A stretch of DNA of 64,000 nucleotides from an uncultured Actinomycetes bacterium (GCA_963758795.1 CAVWXG010000002.1:13762-77761); one strand, 5' to 3'; shown: positions 47,607 to 58,152, counted from the first letter of the stretch. Notes: a model not told the origin generated them from the letters alone. Numbers and translations: made by a program.

Positions 47607-48715
47607 CAGAGATCCCCGGGGTAGATTCTCGGTACCCGGGCGCCGATACCCGTGGCCATATCGTAGGAGATGGTGCCCAGGGCCTCGCCCCACTCCTGCG
47701 CGGTGGGCTCCCCGTCGTCTCCCGGGCCGAACAGCACCACCTCATCGCCCGCCGCGACCGGCTCGTCGCCGAAATCGACGACGAACTGGTCCATGCAGAC
47801 CGTACCCGCGATTGGCCAGCGGCGCCCGCGCGCGCTGACCAGCGACAGGCCGGCCGCGCCGCGCGGCACCCCATCGGCATAGCCGAGCGGCACCAGACCG
47901 AGGGTGGTCTCGCGGGCCGTGACGTAACGGTGACCGTAAGAAACGCCGGTACCGGAAGGAACCCGCTTGACCATGGCCAGCCGGGCGCGAAAGCTCATCG
48001 CTGGCCGCAGCCAGGACGGCGCGCCGCCCGGCAACGTGGACAGGCCGTAGCTGGCGCCGCCGAACCGCACCAGGTCCAACCGGGATTCTGGCACGGTCAG
48101 CCCGGCGGCGGTGTTGGCGATGTGCCTGACCTCGGGGGTGACACCGGCCTTCTCCGCGACCGCGACAGCTTCCGTGAACGCGGCCAGCTGGGCGTTGATC
48201 GACGGGTGCCCGGGCAGGTCGGCGCAGGCGAAGTGCGACCATAGGCCGACCACCCGGAGCAGATCGCGGGCCTGGGCGTCCAGAGCGGCGCCGACCAGAT
48301 CCGGCCAGTCCCGCGGGGTGGCTCCGCCCCGGCTCAGGCCGGTGTCGGCCTTCAGGTGCAGCCGGGCCGGCCTGTCCGCCCGGATCGCCGCGGCCGCGAC
48401 CTTGGCGACGAACTCGACCGAGCCGGCCGACAGGTCAACGCCGTGGGCGATCGCCTCGTCGGGCTCGCCGAAGGACATCAGGCAGAGCACCGGGGCGGTG
48501 ATCCCGGCCTGCCGGAGCGCGACCGCCTCGGCGGTGTCGACGACACCGAGCCAGCTGGCCCCGCCGGCCAGCGCCGCCCGGGCCGCCGGGACCATGCCGT
48601 GGCCGTACCCGTCCGCCTTCACTACGGCCATCACCTGGCTGCCGCGTACCCACTCGGAAAGCGCCGCGAGGTTGCCGGTGATCGCCCCGAGGTCGATGAA
48701 TGCCTGCCGGTCCAT
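47606..48715 (-). CDS. alr: Alanine racemase
   Basis: ..VVKADGYGHG.. and ..VSYGHRY.. Confidence 0.95.
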   Translation of the reverse strand: MDRQAFIDLGAITGNLAALSEWVRGSQVMAVVKADGYGHGMVPAARAALAGGASWLGVVDTAEAVALRQAGITAPVLCLMSFGEPDEAIAHGVDLSAGSVEFVAKVAAAAIRADRPARLHLKADTGLSRGGATPRDWPDLVGAALDAQARDLLRVVGLWSHFACADLPGHPSINAQLAAFTEAVAVAEKAGVTPEVRHIANTAAGLTVPESRLDLVRFGGASYGLSTLPGGAPSWLRPAMSFRARLAMVKRVPSGTGVSYGHRYVTARETTLGLVPLGYADGVPRGAAGLSLVSARGRRWPIAGTVCMDQFVVDFGDEPVAAGDEVVLFGPGDDGEPTAQEWGEALGTISYDMATGIGARVPRIYPGDL

Positions 48716-48720
48716 GGCGG

Positions 48721-50241
48721 CTACAGGCTCCGGAACGCGGCAGGCAGCGCCCGGACCAGATCGGAGGCCCCGATCGGGGCCTCGCCGGAGTCCGGGTCAG
48801 GGGCGGCGGCGAGCCGTCCGGCCAGGCCGTGCAGGTACGCGGCGGCCAGGCCGGCCTGAGCGGGCTCAAGGCCCTGCGCCAGCAGCGCGCCGGCCAGCCC
48901 GGACAGCACGTCACCGCTGCCCGCGGTGGCCAGCCACGGCGTACCGGTGGGGTTGACCAGGATCGGCTGGGACTCGGCCGGCGATGCGATGACGGTCGTG
49001 GATCCCTTCAGCAGCACGGTGACGCCAAGCTCGTCGGCCGCCCGCCGGGCGTGCTCGAGCCGCCGCGCCTCGACGCTGCGCCCGTCGGTGCCAAGCAGGC
49101 GGGACAGCTCACCGGCGTGCGGCGTGATGAGGGTCGGCGCCGCGCGCGGGAGCAGATCCTTGGCCTGGCTGAGGATCGTCAGCCCGTCCGCGTCCACCAG
49201 GACCGGCAGATCAGTGCCGAGAATCGCGGTCAGCCGCGCCACGGCGTCCGGGCCGGTTCCCATGCCAGGACCGGCCACCCACGCCTGCACCCGGCCCACC
49301 GAGCCGATCAGGTCCCAGTCAGGGTCGTCGGGATGCACCGTGAGCACGGTCTCGGGCCATACCTGCCGGACTAGCGCGGCGGCGGCCTGGGCGGTCACCA
49401 CCCGGACCATGCCGGCCCCGCCGTGCACCGCCCCGCCGGCGGAAAGCAGCGCGGCTCCAGTGAAACGATCGCTGCCCGCGAGCAGGCCGAGGACGCCCCG
49501 GCGGTACTTATCCGATTCCGGCCCGGGCCGGGGCAGCAGTTCGCTGATGTCGTGACGCTGCGGCGAGGCGGCCGCGGGTCCGTCCTTCAGGTAGGGACCA
49601 AGGCCGATATCCACCAGCTCCACGGTTCCGGCGTGCCCGGCACCGGGGTCTATCAGCAACCCGGGCTTGATCGCGCCGAAGGTCACGGTGACGTCGGCCC
49701 GGACCGCCGGGCCGTCGACGGCTCCGGTGTCGGCGTCGATGCCGCTGGGCAGGTCGACGGCCACCAGCGTCGCACCGGCCTGACGGCTCTGCTCGGCCCG
49801 CTGGGCCAGGCCGGCGAAGGGTTCCCGCAGGCCGCCCCGGCCGCCGATGCCGAGCAGGCCGTCAATGATCAGGTCGGCGCGGTCGATCGCACCGTCTTGG
49901 GGCGCACCGTCTTGGGGCGCCGGGTGGATCCGGCCGCCAGCGGCGCGGAGCGCGCTGGTTCCGCCCGCGTGGGCACCGGCCCCTGGCGTGATCGCGGTGA
50001 CGGACGCGCCGCGGCGGGCCAGCAGGGCGCCCGCGTACAGGGCGTCGCCGCCGTTGTCTCCGCTGCCCGCCAGCACGACGATCCGGGTCCCGTATACATG
50101 TCCGGGATCCTGGCCGAGCAGGGAGACGCACACCGAGGCGAGTCCCGCGGCGGCCCGCCCCATCAGCGCCCCGTCCGGGACGACCTCCATCAGCGCGCGT
50201 TCGGCCGCCCGGACGGCAGCCACCTGGTAAGCCTCTCGCAT
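48721..50241 (-). CDS. nnr: Bifunctional NAD(P)H-hydrate epimerase / ADP-dependent dehydratase
   Basis: ..VLAGSGDNGGDALYAG.. and ..TPHAGE..LKG..GSGDVLSG.. Confidence 0.9.
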   Translation of the reverse strand: MREAYQVAAVRAAERALMEVVPDGALMGRAAAGLASVCVSLLGQDPGHVYGTRIVVLAGSGDNGGDALYAGALLARRGASVTAITPGAGAHAGGTSALRAAGGRIHPAPQDGAPQDGAIDRADLIIDGLLGIGGRGGLREPFAGLAQRAEQSRQAGATLVAVDLPSGIDADTGAVDGPAVRADVTVTFGAIKPGLLIDPGAGHAGTVELVDIGLGPYLKDGPAAASPQRHDISELLPRPGPESDKYRRGVLGLLAGSDRFTGAALLSAGGAVHGGAGMVRVVTAQAAAALVRQVWPETVLTVHPDDPDWDLIGSVGRVQAWVAGPGMGTGPDAVARLTAILGTDLPVLVDADGLTILSQAKDLLPRAAPTLITPHAGELSRLLGTDGRSVEARRLEHARRAADELGVTVLLKGSTTVIASPAESQPILVNPTGTPWLATAGSGDVLSGLAGALLAQGLEPAQAGLAAAYLHGLAGRLAAAPDPDSGEAPIGASDLVRALPAAFRSL

Positions 50242-50248
50242 GGGGTTT

Positions 50249-51661
50249 CTAATGCCCGGCGAGGGCTAGCCGAACCTCGTCCGCGAGCTGACCCACGACG
50301 CGTTCGGCCAGGCTCGCGTCCTCGGCCTGGACCATCAGCCGGATCGTGGGCTCGGTTCCGCTCGGCCGAACCAGCACCCGCCCGTTCCCGCCCAGCCGTT
50401 TGCGCGCCCTGGCCACCGCCGCGGCGACCTCCGGCCCCAGCTGCGACGCAGCGCCGGGCACGTTGACCAGCACCTGAGGGTACTTCGGCATCATCTTCGC
50501 CGCCGCCGCCAGCGGCACCCCGCGCCGGTTCACCGCGGCAAGCAGCTGCAGGCTGGTCAGCACGCCGTCGCCCGTCGTGGCGTGCTCACCCATGATGATG
50601 TGCCCGGACTGCTCCCCGCCGAGCACGTAACCCCGCTCGCGCATGACCGTCGACACGTGCTTGTCCCCGACCGGCGTCTCGATCACCGCAATGCCGGCCT
50701 CTCGCATCGCCACATGGAAACCCTGGTTGGACATCACCGTGACCACGACCGTGTCACCCGTCAGCCGGCCCGCCTCTTTCAGCCCGGTCGCGAGCACGGT
50801 CAGGATCTGGTCCCCGTCCAGCGGCTGGCCGTCCCCGTCCACCGCCAGGCACCGGTCGGCGTCGCCGTCGTAGGCGATGCCCGCGTCCGCACCGTGCTCG
50901 AGGACCGCCGCGACCAGGGCATCGAGGGACGTCGAACCGCATCCGGCGTTGATGTTGAGCCCGTCGGGTTCGGCGCCGATGGTGACGACCTCCGCGCCAG
51001 CCCGGCGCAGCGCCTCGGGCGCCAGCTGGTAAGCCGCCCCGTGCGCGCAGTCGACCACGACCCGCAGGCCCGCCAGTGCCGACGGGCCTGGCAGCGTGGA
51101 CAGCAGGTGTTCCAGGTACCGCTCCTGCTCGACGGTGGCGTCACGGACCCGGCCGAATTCCGCGGCGGCCGACCCCGGTGTCCTGGGTTCCGGTATTTTC
51201 GGCTCCGGTGTCCCCTGTTCCAGTGTCCTGAGCCTGGCCTCGATCTCGTCTTCCACCGCGTCCGGCAGCTTGATGCCGCCACGCCCGAAGAACTTGATCC
51301 CGTTGTCCCTGGCCGGGTTGTGGCTCGCGGAGATGACAACGCCGAAGGCAGCGTTCAGGGCTCCGGTCAGGTAGGCCACCGCCGGCGTGGGAATGACCCC
51401 GAGCCGCACCACGTCGACGCCCGCGCCGGCCAAGCCGGCGACCACGGCGGCCTCCAGGAACTCCCCAGAAGCGCGCGGGTCGCGGCCGATGACGGCGAGC
51501 GCGCGCCCGGTACGGTCCGTATGGCCGACGACGCCGCCCAGAACGGCGGCGGCCGCCATGCTGAGATCCGTGGCCAGGCGCGCGGTCAGATCACAACCAG
51601 CTATACCCCGGACACCGTCCGTACCGAAGAGACGGTCGGGCTTATCCCCCGATTCACCCAT
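50249..51661 (-). CDS. glmM: Phosphoglucosamine mutase
   Basis: ..LFGTDGVRG..ISASHNPARDNGIKFF..DGDADR.. Confidence 0.95.
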   Translation of the reverse strand: MGESGDKPDRLFGTDGVRGIAGCDLTARLATDLSMAAAAVLGGVVGHTDRTGRALAVIGRDPRASGEFLEAAVVAGLAGAGVDVVRLGVIPTPAVAYLTGALNAAFGVVISASHNPARDNGIKFFGRGGIKLPDAVEDEIEARLRTLEQGTPEPKIPEPRTPGSAAAEFGRVRDATVEQERYLEHLLSTLPGPSALAGLRVVVDCAHGAAYQLAPEALRRAGAEVVTIGAEPDGLNINAGCGSTSLDALVAAVLEHGADAGIAYDGDADRCLAVDGDGQPLDGDQILTVLATGLKEAGRLTGDTVVVTVMSNQGFHVAMREAGIAVIETPVGDKHVSTVMRERGYVLGGEQSGHIIMGEHATTGDGVLTSLQLLAAVNRRGVPLAAAAKMMPKYPQVLVNVPGAASQLGPEVAAAVARARKRLGGNGRVLVRPSGTEPTIRLMVQAEDASLAERVVGQLADEVRLALAGH

Positions 51662-51727
51662 GTCGCTCCCGCTCGTTACTCTGCCCTGATGAGAGTGGCT
51701 CGGCTGCGTTGACGCGCGCTCGACAGG

Positions 51728-51773
51728 CCCTGCCCGAGCAGCACTTACCGCCCTGCCCGAGCAGCACTTACCG
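51728..51773. repeat. 23-bp unit CCCTGCCCGAGCAGCACTTACCG x2; the second copy contains the last codon and stop of rpsI
   Basis: Copies at 51728..51750 and 51751..51773 are perfect. The rpsI stop is TTA at 51768..51770. Confidence 0.95.
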
Positions 51774-52304
51774 CTTAGAGTACTGCGGCGCCTTACGGGC
51801 CTTCTTCAGGCCGTACTTCTTGCGCTCCTTGACCCGGGCGTCCCTGGTGACGAAGCCGGCCTTCTTCAGCGGCGGACGGTTCTCCGGGTCGAGCAAGATC
51901 AGCGACCGGGTCACGCCGAGGCGGAGCGCGCCGGCCTGCCCGGTGACGCCGCCGCCGGAGATCCGGGCCACCACATCGAACTGGCTCTCCGCGCCCAGGG
52001 TGACGAACGGCTCGTTGACCAGCTGCTGATGCACCTTGTTCGGGAAGTACACATCGAGCGACCTGCCGTTGATCGTCCACTGGCCGGAGCCGGGGAGGAT
52101 GCGGACCCTGGCGATCGCCTCCTTGCGGCGGCCGGTGCCGGCGGCGTGACCGGTCACGACCGGGCGCCGTGCCGCGGCACGCGCCGGACCGTCCTGCGCG
52201 GTTTCCGTCGTGTACTCCGACGGGACCTCCACGCCGTACTCGTCGTCAGCCAGCTCGGCGTCGTCCTCGACGCTCGGAGTGGTTACGCCAGTGGGCTCAG
52301 CCAC
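51768..52304 (-). CDS. rpsI: 30S ribosomal protein S9 with an acidic N-terminal extension
   Basis: ..[43 protein letters not shown]. Confidence 0.95.
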   Translation of the reverse strand: MAEPTGVTTPSVEDDAELADDEYGVEVPSEYTTETAQDGPARAAARRPVVTGHAAGTGRRKEAIARVRILPGSGQWTINGRSLDVYFPNKVHQQLVNEPFVTLGAESQFDVVARISGGGVTGQAGALRLGVTRSLILLDPENRPPLKKAGFVTRDARVKERKKYGLKKARKAPQYSKR

Positions 52305-52332
52305 GGTTCTCTTCCTCGTACTTCCTGCTTGT

Positions 52333-52776
52333 TTACTGCTCGATCTGCGTGATCTCGTACGGCTGAGGCCGCTGCGCCTGATGCGGGTGGTCCGGGCCGG
52401 CGTACACCTTGAGCTTGCTCAGCGTCTTGCGGCCGAGCGAGTTCTTCGGCAGCATGCCCCGGACGGCCTTCTCCACGGCGCGCTCGGGGTTGCTGGCCAT
52501 CAGGTCAGCGTACGAGACCGCCCGCAGGCCGCCCGGGTACCCGGAATGCCGGTAAGCCTTCTTCTGCTCCAGCTTGTTGCCGCTGAGCGCCACCTTCGCC
52601 GCATTGATCACGACCACGAAATCGCCCGTGTCCACGTGCGGTGCGAAGATCGGCTTGTGCTTGCCCCGCAGCAGCACGGCGACGTGGCTGGCCAGGCGGC
52701 CGAGCACCACATCTGAAGCGTCGACGACATGCCACTGCCGGGTAATGTCACTGTCCTTCGGGCTGAAAGTGCGCAC
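52333..52776 (-). CDS. rplM: 50S ribosomal protein L13
   Basis: From GTG 52776: [30 protein letters not shown].. Confidence 0.95.
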   Translation of the reverse strand: MRTFSPKDSDITRQWHVVDASDVVLGRLASHVAVLLRGKHKPIFAPHVDTGDFVVVINAAKVALSGNKLEQKKAYRHSGYPGGLRAVSYADLMASNPERAVEKAVRGMLPKNSLGRKTLSKLKVYAGPDHPHQAQRPQPYEITQIEQ

Positions 52777-53106
52777 AGTCCTAAGCCTTCGCGTATGTCT
52801 CGTTGATCTTCTCCGGCCCGCACCTGCTGGTGCCGACCGCCCCGGGCGCTCCGCCGGCGCGCCGCGCCGCAACGCGCGAATAATGCGCGCACGAAAGGCC
52901 CACCGCGTCCATGCCCGTCGCGCATGACGCCAATGCAGCATACTCCGCTTCACGCAGTGATGCCAAAGCGATGATGCCAAAGCCATACCGCCGGCGAGCC
53001 CGCCTGCCTGGGCCGCCGACGTCCGGCGTGCCGCCCGACGTCTTACCTGAGTGGGAAAGTTCTATACCACCCTACCTGGACAGACCAGGGCGATACCCTC
53101 AACGTT

Positions 53107-54417
53107 ATGGATCATCAGGGCGCGGAACGGAGCCGTTCGGGCGCGGATACGCCCAGGCAGGCATCCTGGCCGGGCCCAGGCCATCAGAACTCCGGGCCCT
53201 CGGCCGACAGCGCGTCGCAGGCCGTGCTGAGAACCCCCAGCGGGCCCCAGCGCGCCCCCGGACGGCCTGGCACCGCCACCGGACCCCAGCCCGCCACCGG
53301 ACCCCAGCGCGCCCCCGCACGCCCCGGCACCAGTACCGGACCCCAGCCCGCCACCGGACCCCAGCGGGCTGCTGGGCTCCAGCGGGCCCCGGGCGCGGAT
53401 ACTGGTGCGCAGCGCCGCCTCGGAGCCGGAACCGGAGCACAACCCGTCCTCGGTAACGGAACCGGCGGGCAGCCGACACTGGGCGCCCCGGGCTCGCCGG
53501 GGCCAGGCGGACGGACGCCGGTACGGGGCTTCCCGCCTGGGAATGAGCGGCCCGAGACGCCCCCGGGCGGGTTCTGGTACCCGTCGGACGGGGCGGGTCC
53601 GCCAGACGACGCGGAGTCCATCACCCGGGTCGACCCGCGGCCACCCCGTACGGTCACGGTGCCTACGGGCGGACGGCGGAGCGCGAAGGCGAAGCCGAAA
53701 CGGCGCCTGCGATCCCGGTCCGCGCTGCTGGCTGCGGTCGCCGTCGTGGTCCTGGCGGCCGGGTTCGGCGGATATAAGCTCTTTTACGAGCCGCGCGTCG
53801 ACGCGCCGGTGCCGCCCTCGCTGCGGCTGCCCACGACCGCTCCGGCGTCGCCGGACTTCGATCAGTCTCTGGGCAAATGGCAGCACATCGGATCCAGGAC
53901 CGAGGATCCCGCCCCGCTGACCGTCGAGGGGCTTTTCCCGCCGCAGTTTTTGCTGAACGGCAGCTCGTACGTCAGGACGGCCGCTAGCGTGACCAAGAAC
54001 TGCTCCCAGGCGGTGTACGGCACGCAACTGCAGGCGGCGCTGCAATCGGGTCAGTGCAGCCAGGTGGCGCGGGCGAGCTACATATCGGGTAACGGCCAGC
54101 TGATGGGCACCGTCGGCGTGGTGAACCTGGACACCTCGGCCGCGGCGCAAAAGGCCGGGCAGGCCACCGGGCCACAGGAGGTCATCGCGCCGCTCCCCGC
54201 GAAAAAGGGCGCCACCAGTAAGCTGGGCGGCGGGACCGGGGTCGTGCAGGCAGAGGTCAAGGGGCACTACCTGATCTTGATGTGGGCACAGCTCGCCGAC
54301 CTGAAGCCACCGTCGACCCCGGCCGCCAGGCAGCTCCTTGAGCAGTTCGCCGCCAACCTCGTGACCGGTAGCGCGAACATCAACCTGAGCACCCGGATGC
54401 TAGGCGGCAAGACCTAA
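53107..54417 (+). CDS. Pro-rich, single-TM hypothetical protein with extracytoplasmic domain; start uncertain
   Basis: ..KPKRRLRSRSALLAAVAVVVLAAGFGGYKLF.. followed by a roughly 220-aa domain. 57-bp tandem units lie at 53245..53358. Confidence 0.55.
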   Translation: MDHQGAERSRSGADTPRQASWPGPGHQNSGPSADSASQAVLRTPSGPQRAPGRPGTATGPQPATGPQRAPARPGTSTGPQPATGPQRAAGLQRAPGADTGAQRRLGAGTGAQPVLGNGTGGQPTLGAPGSPGPGGRTPVRGFPPGNERPETPPGGFWYPSDGAGPPDDAESITRVDPRPPRTVTVPTGGRRSAKAKPKRRLRSRSALLAAVAVVVLAAGFGGYKLFYEPRVDAPVPPSLRLPTTAPASPDFDQSLGKWQHIGSRTEDPAPLTVEGLFPPQFLLNGSSYVRTAASVTKNCSQAVYGTQLQAALQSGQCSQVARASYISGNGQLMGTVGVVNLDTSAAAQKAGQATGPQEVIAPLPAKKGATSKLGGGTGVVQAEVKGHYLILMWAQLADLKPPSTPAARQLLEQFAANLVTGSANINLSTRMLGGKT

Positions 54418-54502
54418 CCCGAGCCAAACGGGCACGGCGGTCACCAGGCCACCCCCGCCCCAAGAGCCCCTCGCCGTGCCGGGGGGCGGCGGTACGTAGT
54501 GC

Positions 54503-54550
54503 ATGGTTGCGGCAACCTGCACAGAAGAGTGTGTACGTTGCCACAACCAT
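54503..54550. other. Hairpin ATGGTTGCGGCAAC-(20 nt)-GTTGCCACAACCAT in a lower-GC convergent spacer
   Basis: 13 of 14 stem pairs checked directly. Confidence 0.5.
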
Positions 54551-54720
54551 ATAAACCGGGCTGGGGTGCACGGGTCGGATGTGATTGTTGGTGCGGGCGG
54601 TGCGCGCAGCGGGACCCGCCGACCGAAGACCGGCGCGCCGCCAGGCCTAAACGAGCCAAAGGGGCCGCCGCGCCGCCTGGACTGAGGAGCGAGGAACGAG
54701 CGACGAGGGAAGGCGGCGCG

Positions 54721-55593
54721 TTAAAAGCGCCCCGGAGGCGAGCGGAAGGTAGAGCGCCCCGGAGGCGAGAGGGGACGCAGCGTGCGCGTGTCGGCGGCCC
54801 GGGCCGCCAGCGCATCCGCGGGGGGATAGCCCACTTCCTCGAGGCACAGCCCGTGCGGTGCCATGACCCGGACCGCGGGATCGCGGACCGCGGCGGCGAG
54901 CACCTCGGCCGGCCAGCGGCCGGGCTTGCGTCCTTCGCCGACGGCGATGAGCGCACCGACGACAGAGCGCACCATGTTGTGGCAGAACGCGTCCGCCACC
55001 ACGGTTGCGACCGCGATGCCGTCATGGTCGCGATGCCAGCCCAGGGCGCGCAGCGACCGGATGGTGGTCGCCCCTGGCCGGCGGCGGCAGAAGGCCGCGA
55101 AGTCATGCTCGCCGAGGCAGGAAAGCGCCGCCTCGTTCATGGCCGTGACATCAAGCCGCCGGAAGTACCAGAGCGTTTCGTGCCGGCGCAGCGGATCCGC
55201 GGCGGCCGGATCGTCGCAGACGCGATAGGAGTAACGGCGCCACAACGCGGAGAACCGCGCGTCGAACCCGTCAGGCGCCTGGTCCGCGGCCCGGACACGG
55301 ATATCGGCGGGGAGCACCCCGGCTAGCCTGGCCACGGCCCGGCCGTCGGCCACGGCCCAGGCGACAGCGGGTACATCCGTATGGATGACCTGCCCGCGCG
55401 CGTGCACTCCGGCGTCCGTACGCCCGGCTACCGTCAGCTTCGGCGGTCCGGGCAGCCGCAGCACCCGGCCGAGCGCCGCGGCCAGTTCACCCTCCACCGT
55501 GCGCCGACCCGGCTGGGCGGCCCAGCCGGAAAACCCTGACCCGTCGTAGGAAAGATCAACCCGAATCCGAACGGTCCGTGGTTCTTCTTCCAA
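54721..55593 (-). CDS. truA: tRNA pseudouridine(38-40) synthase TruA
   Basis: ..[36 protein letters not shown].. Confidence 0.9.
   Translation of the reverse strand: MEEEPRTVRIRVDLSYDGSGFSGWAAQPGRRTVEGELAAALGRVLRLPGPPKLTVAGRTDAGVHARGQVIHTDVPAVAWAVADGRAVARLAGVLPADIRVRAADQAPDGFDARFSALWRRYSYRVCDDPAAADPLRRHETLWYFRRLDVTAMNEAALSCLGEHDFAAFCRRRPGATTIRSLRALGWHRDHDGIAVATVVADAFCHNMVRSVVGALIAVGEGRKPGRWPAEVLAAAVRDPAVRVMAPHGLCLEEVGYPPADALAARAADTRTLRPLSPPGRSTFRSPPGRF
54726..54769. repeat. AGCGCCCCGGAGGCGAG x2 (period 27, in frame) forming the truA C-terminus [15 protein letters not shown]-stop
   Basis: Copies at 54726..54742 and 54753..54769. Confidence 0.9.
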
Positions 55594-55644
55594 GCCAACC
55601 TCACGCGGGTCCGGGGTCAGCCGGTCAACGGCTCACGCGACCAG

Positions 55645-56223
55645 CTAGGCGTTCTCGCCTGCGTCCGTGTCTTCGACAACGTCCGTGTCATCGACGTCTG
55701 CGGCCTCGTCATCGACGTCCGTGTCTTCGACAACGTCCGCGTCATCGACGTCCGCGGCCTCGTCGGCCACGGGTGCCTCGTCGGCCACGGCGGTAGCCGT
55801 CGCCGGCGGTTCCGCAGCCTGCGGCTCGGCGCGGCGGGCCCGGCGGCGGGGCTTGGCCGCGACTGGCTCGCCCCGGACCAGCTCGATGATCGCCATCGCC
55901 GCGTTGTCACCCTTGCGGGGTCCGATCTTGGTGATGCGCGTGTAGCCGCCGTCTCGCTCGGAGAACTCCGGGGCGATCTCGGTGAATAGCTGGTGCACCA
56001 CGCCCTTGTCCGTGACCACGGTCAGCACGTGGCGGCGGGCATGCATGTCGCCGCGCTTGGCGAAGGTGATCAGCCGCTCGGCTACCGGGCGCAGCCTGCG
56101 GGCCTTGGCCTCGGTGGTGGTAATCCGGCCATGCTCGAACAGCGCGGTGGCCAGATTCGCCAGGATGTGCCGCTCATGGGCCGGGCTGCCGCCCAGACGG
56201 TGGCCCTTGGTGGGCGTGGGCAT
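55645..56223 (-). CDS. rplQ: 50S ribosomal protein L17 with a long acidic repetitive C-terminal extension
   Basis: [46 protein letters not shown].. The tail carries 54-bp tandem units (55663..55764) encoding D/E/V-rich sequence. Confidence 0.9.
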   Translation of the reverse strand: MPTPTKGHRLGGSPAHERHILANLATALFEHGRITTTEAKARRLRPVAERLITFAKRGDMHARRHVLTVVTDKGVVHQLFTEIAPEFSERDGGYTRITKIGPRKGDNAAMAIIELVRGEPVAAKPRRRARRAEPQAAEPPATATAVADEAPVADEAADVDDADVVEDTDVDDEAADVDDTDVVEDTDAGENA

Positions 56224-56296
56224 ACGGACCTCTCCTCGGTGTGCGTGGCCCCGGGGCACGTGACCCCGGGGCCTGTGGCCCCGTAGGGGGGCCACG
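56224..56296. repeat. G/C-run hairpin cluster in the rpoA-rplQ spacer
   Basis: GTGGCCCCGGGGCACGTGACCCCGGGGCCTGTGGCCCCGTAGGGGGGCCAC contains CCCCGGGG x2 and a GTGGCCCC/GGGGCCAC stem. Confidence 0.6.
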
Positions 56297-57310
56297 TCAG
56301 TACTGCTCGGTCTCCACGTAGCTGTCGTCGTCGTCGCTGTAGGCGCCGACCGCGCTGCTCGGGTCGAACCCGGGCGGCGAGTCCTTGAGCGCGAGGCCCA
56401 TGTCAACGAGCTTCTGCTTGACTTCCTCGATCGACTTGGCGCCGAAGTTCCTGATGTCAAGGAGATCCTGCTCGCTACGGCCGACAAGCTCGCCGACCGT
56501 GTGAATGCCCTCACGCTTCAGGCAGTTGTAGGAACGGACGGTGAGATTGAGGTCCTCGATCGGCAGGGCCAGATCCGCAGCCAGCGCGGCGTCGGTCGGC
56601 GATGGGCCGATGTCGATGCCCTCAGCGTCAACGTTGAGCTCGCGGGCCAGCCCGAACAGCTCGACGAGCGTCTTGCCGGCGCTGGCCACCGCGTCCCTGG
56701 GGCGCATGCACGGCTTGGTCTCGACGTCGAGGATGAGCCGGTCGAAGTCGGTTCGCTGCTCGACACGGGTGGCTTCCACCTTGTACGTCACCCGCAGCAC
56801 GGGTGAGTAGATGGAGTCGATCGGCACCCGGCCGATCTCCTGGCCGGGCTGCTTGTTCTGCGTCGCCGAGACGTAGCCGCGACCGCGCTCGACGGTCAGC
56901 TCCATCTCGAGCTTGCCCTTGGCGTTCAGGGTGGCGACGTGCAGCTCGGGATTGTGCACCTCGACGCCGGCCGGCGGCGCGATGTCAGCCGCGGTCACCT
57001 CGCCGGGTCCCTGCTTACGCAGGTACATCACGACCGGCTCGTCGTGCTCGGAGGACACCACCAGCTCCTTCAGGTTCAGGATGATGTCGGTGACATCTTC
57101 CTTCACGCCCGGAACCGTGGAGAACTCGTGCAGGACGCCTTCGATCCTGATGCTCGTGACGGCCGCCCCCGGGATCGAGGACAGCAGGGTACGCCGGAGC
57201 GAGTTGCCGATGGTGTAACCGAAACCGGGCTCGAGCGGCTCGATCACGAACCGGGACCGGAATTCGTCTACCTGCTCCTCGGCGAGCGAGGGGCGCTGAG
57301 CGATGAGCAT
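56297..57310 (-). CDS. rpoA: DNA-directed RNA polymerase alpha subunit
   Basis: [40 protein letters not shown].. Confidence 0.97.
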   Translation of the reverse strand: MLIAQRPSLAEEQVDEFRSRFVIEPLEPGFGYTIGNSLRRTLLSSIPGAAVTSIRIEGVLHEFSTVPGVKEDVTDIILNLKELVVSSEHDEPVVMYLRKQGPGEVTAADIAPPAGVEVHNPELHVATLNAKGKLEMELTVERGRGYVSATQNKQPGQEIGRVPIDSIYSPVLRVTYKVEATRVEQRTDFDRLILDVETKPCMRPRDAVASAGKTLVELFGLARELNVDAEGIDIGPSPTDAALAADLALPIEDLNLTVRSYNCLKREGIHTVGELVGRSEQDLLDIRNFGAKSIEEVKQKLVDMGLALKDSPPGFDPSSAVGAYSDDDDSYVETEQY

Positions 57311-57351
57311 GAAACTTCCTTTCCGCGACGCCCGCTATATGACGCGCAGTA

Positions 57352-57455
57352 TCTCCCCCGGGGGGCGGAGCCCCCCCGGTGACCCCCCTGCTCAGGGGGG
57401 CTCCGCCCCCCTGACACCCCCTGGGGAGCCCCTTCGGGGCCCCGGAGGTGGGTAG
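57352..57455. repeat. G6/C6-run hairpin cluster in the rpsD-rpoA spacer
   Basis: The chain is C5G6-CGGAG-C7-GGTGA-C6-TGCTCA-G6-CTCCG-C6-TGACA-C5-T-G4-AG-C4-TTC-G4C4. GGGGGGCGGAGCCCCCC and GGGGGGCTCCGCCCCCC are reverse complements of each other. Confidence 0.7.
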
Positions 57456-57465
57456 GGGCGGGTGT

Positions 57466-57525
57466 TACTTCATTACTTCAGGTACTTCATTTACTTCGGG
57501 CCGCTGTTAGTTCGAGTGGTACTTG
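57466..57525. repeat. Degenerate tandem copies of the rpsD 3-prime end
   Basis: TTACTTCA, TTACTTCA, GGTACTTCA and TTTACTTCG (57466..57498) are copies of the last 8 nt. TTAGTTCGAGTGGTACTTG (57507..57525) matches the real terminal 19 nt TTACTTCGAGTAGTACTCG (57526..57544) at 16/19. Confidence 0.85.
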
Positions 57526-58152
57526 TTACTTCGAGTAGTACTCGACGATTAGCTGTTCTTGGACTTGGGTGTCGATCTGGGCTCGGACGGGAAGGGAGTG
57601 GACCAGGATGCGCATCTTGTCGGGGACCACTTCGAGCCAGGCGGGTACGATGCGCTCGCCGGCCTCGGCCCGGGCAACGACGAACGGGGTCATCTCGAGG
57701 AACTTGGGCATCACCTCGACGATGTCGTTCTCGCTGACCCGGTAGGACGGGATGTCGACCTTCCTGCCGTTCACCGTGAAGTGGCCATGGGTCACCAGCT
57801 GGCGAGCCATGTCGCGGCTCTTGGCGAAGCCCGCGCGGAACACAACGTTGTCCAGGCGGCGCTCAAGCAGCTGGAGCATGGTCTCGCCGGTCCGGCCGTG
57901 CTTGCTGGCCGCTTCCACGTAGTAGCCGTGGAACTGCCGCTCCAGGATGCCGTAGATCCGGCGGGCCTTCTGCTTCTCCCTGATCTGCGTCAGGTAGTCG
58001 CCTTCCTTCGGGCGGTTCCTGCCGTGCTCGCCCGGCGGGTAAGGCCGGATCTCGATCGGGCACTTCGGCGAGTCGCACTTGGCGCCCTTCAGGAAGAGCT
58101 TGGTCTTCTCCCGGCGGCAAAGCTTGCAGTCCGGGCCTGTGTATCGAGCCAT
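57526..58152 (-). CDS. rpsD: 30S ribosomal protein S4
   Basis: MARYTGPDCKLCRREKTKLFLKGAKC.. Confidence 0.97.
   Translation of the reverse strand: MARYTGPDCKLCRREKTKLFLKGAKCDSPKCPIEIRPYPPGEHGRNRPKEGDYLTQIREKQKARRIYGILERQFHGYYVEAASKHGRTGETMLQLLERRLDNVVFRAGFAKSRDMARQLVTHGHFTVNGRKVDIPSYRVSENDIVEVMPKFLEMTPFVVARAEAGERIVPAWLEVVPDKMRILVHSLPVRAQIDTQVQEQLIVEYYSK

Noticed and set aside
50268-55335. Additional GGCTAGCC occurrences at 50272 (glmM) and 55321 (truA).
   Set aside because: They lie inside coding sequence where CGG-CTA-GCC simply encodes R-L-A, and the outer heptamer bases do not match. They were not counted as sites.
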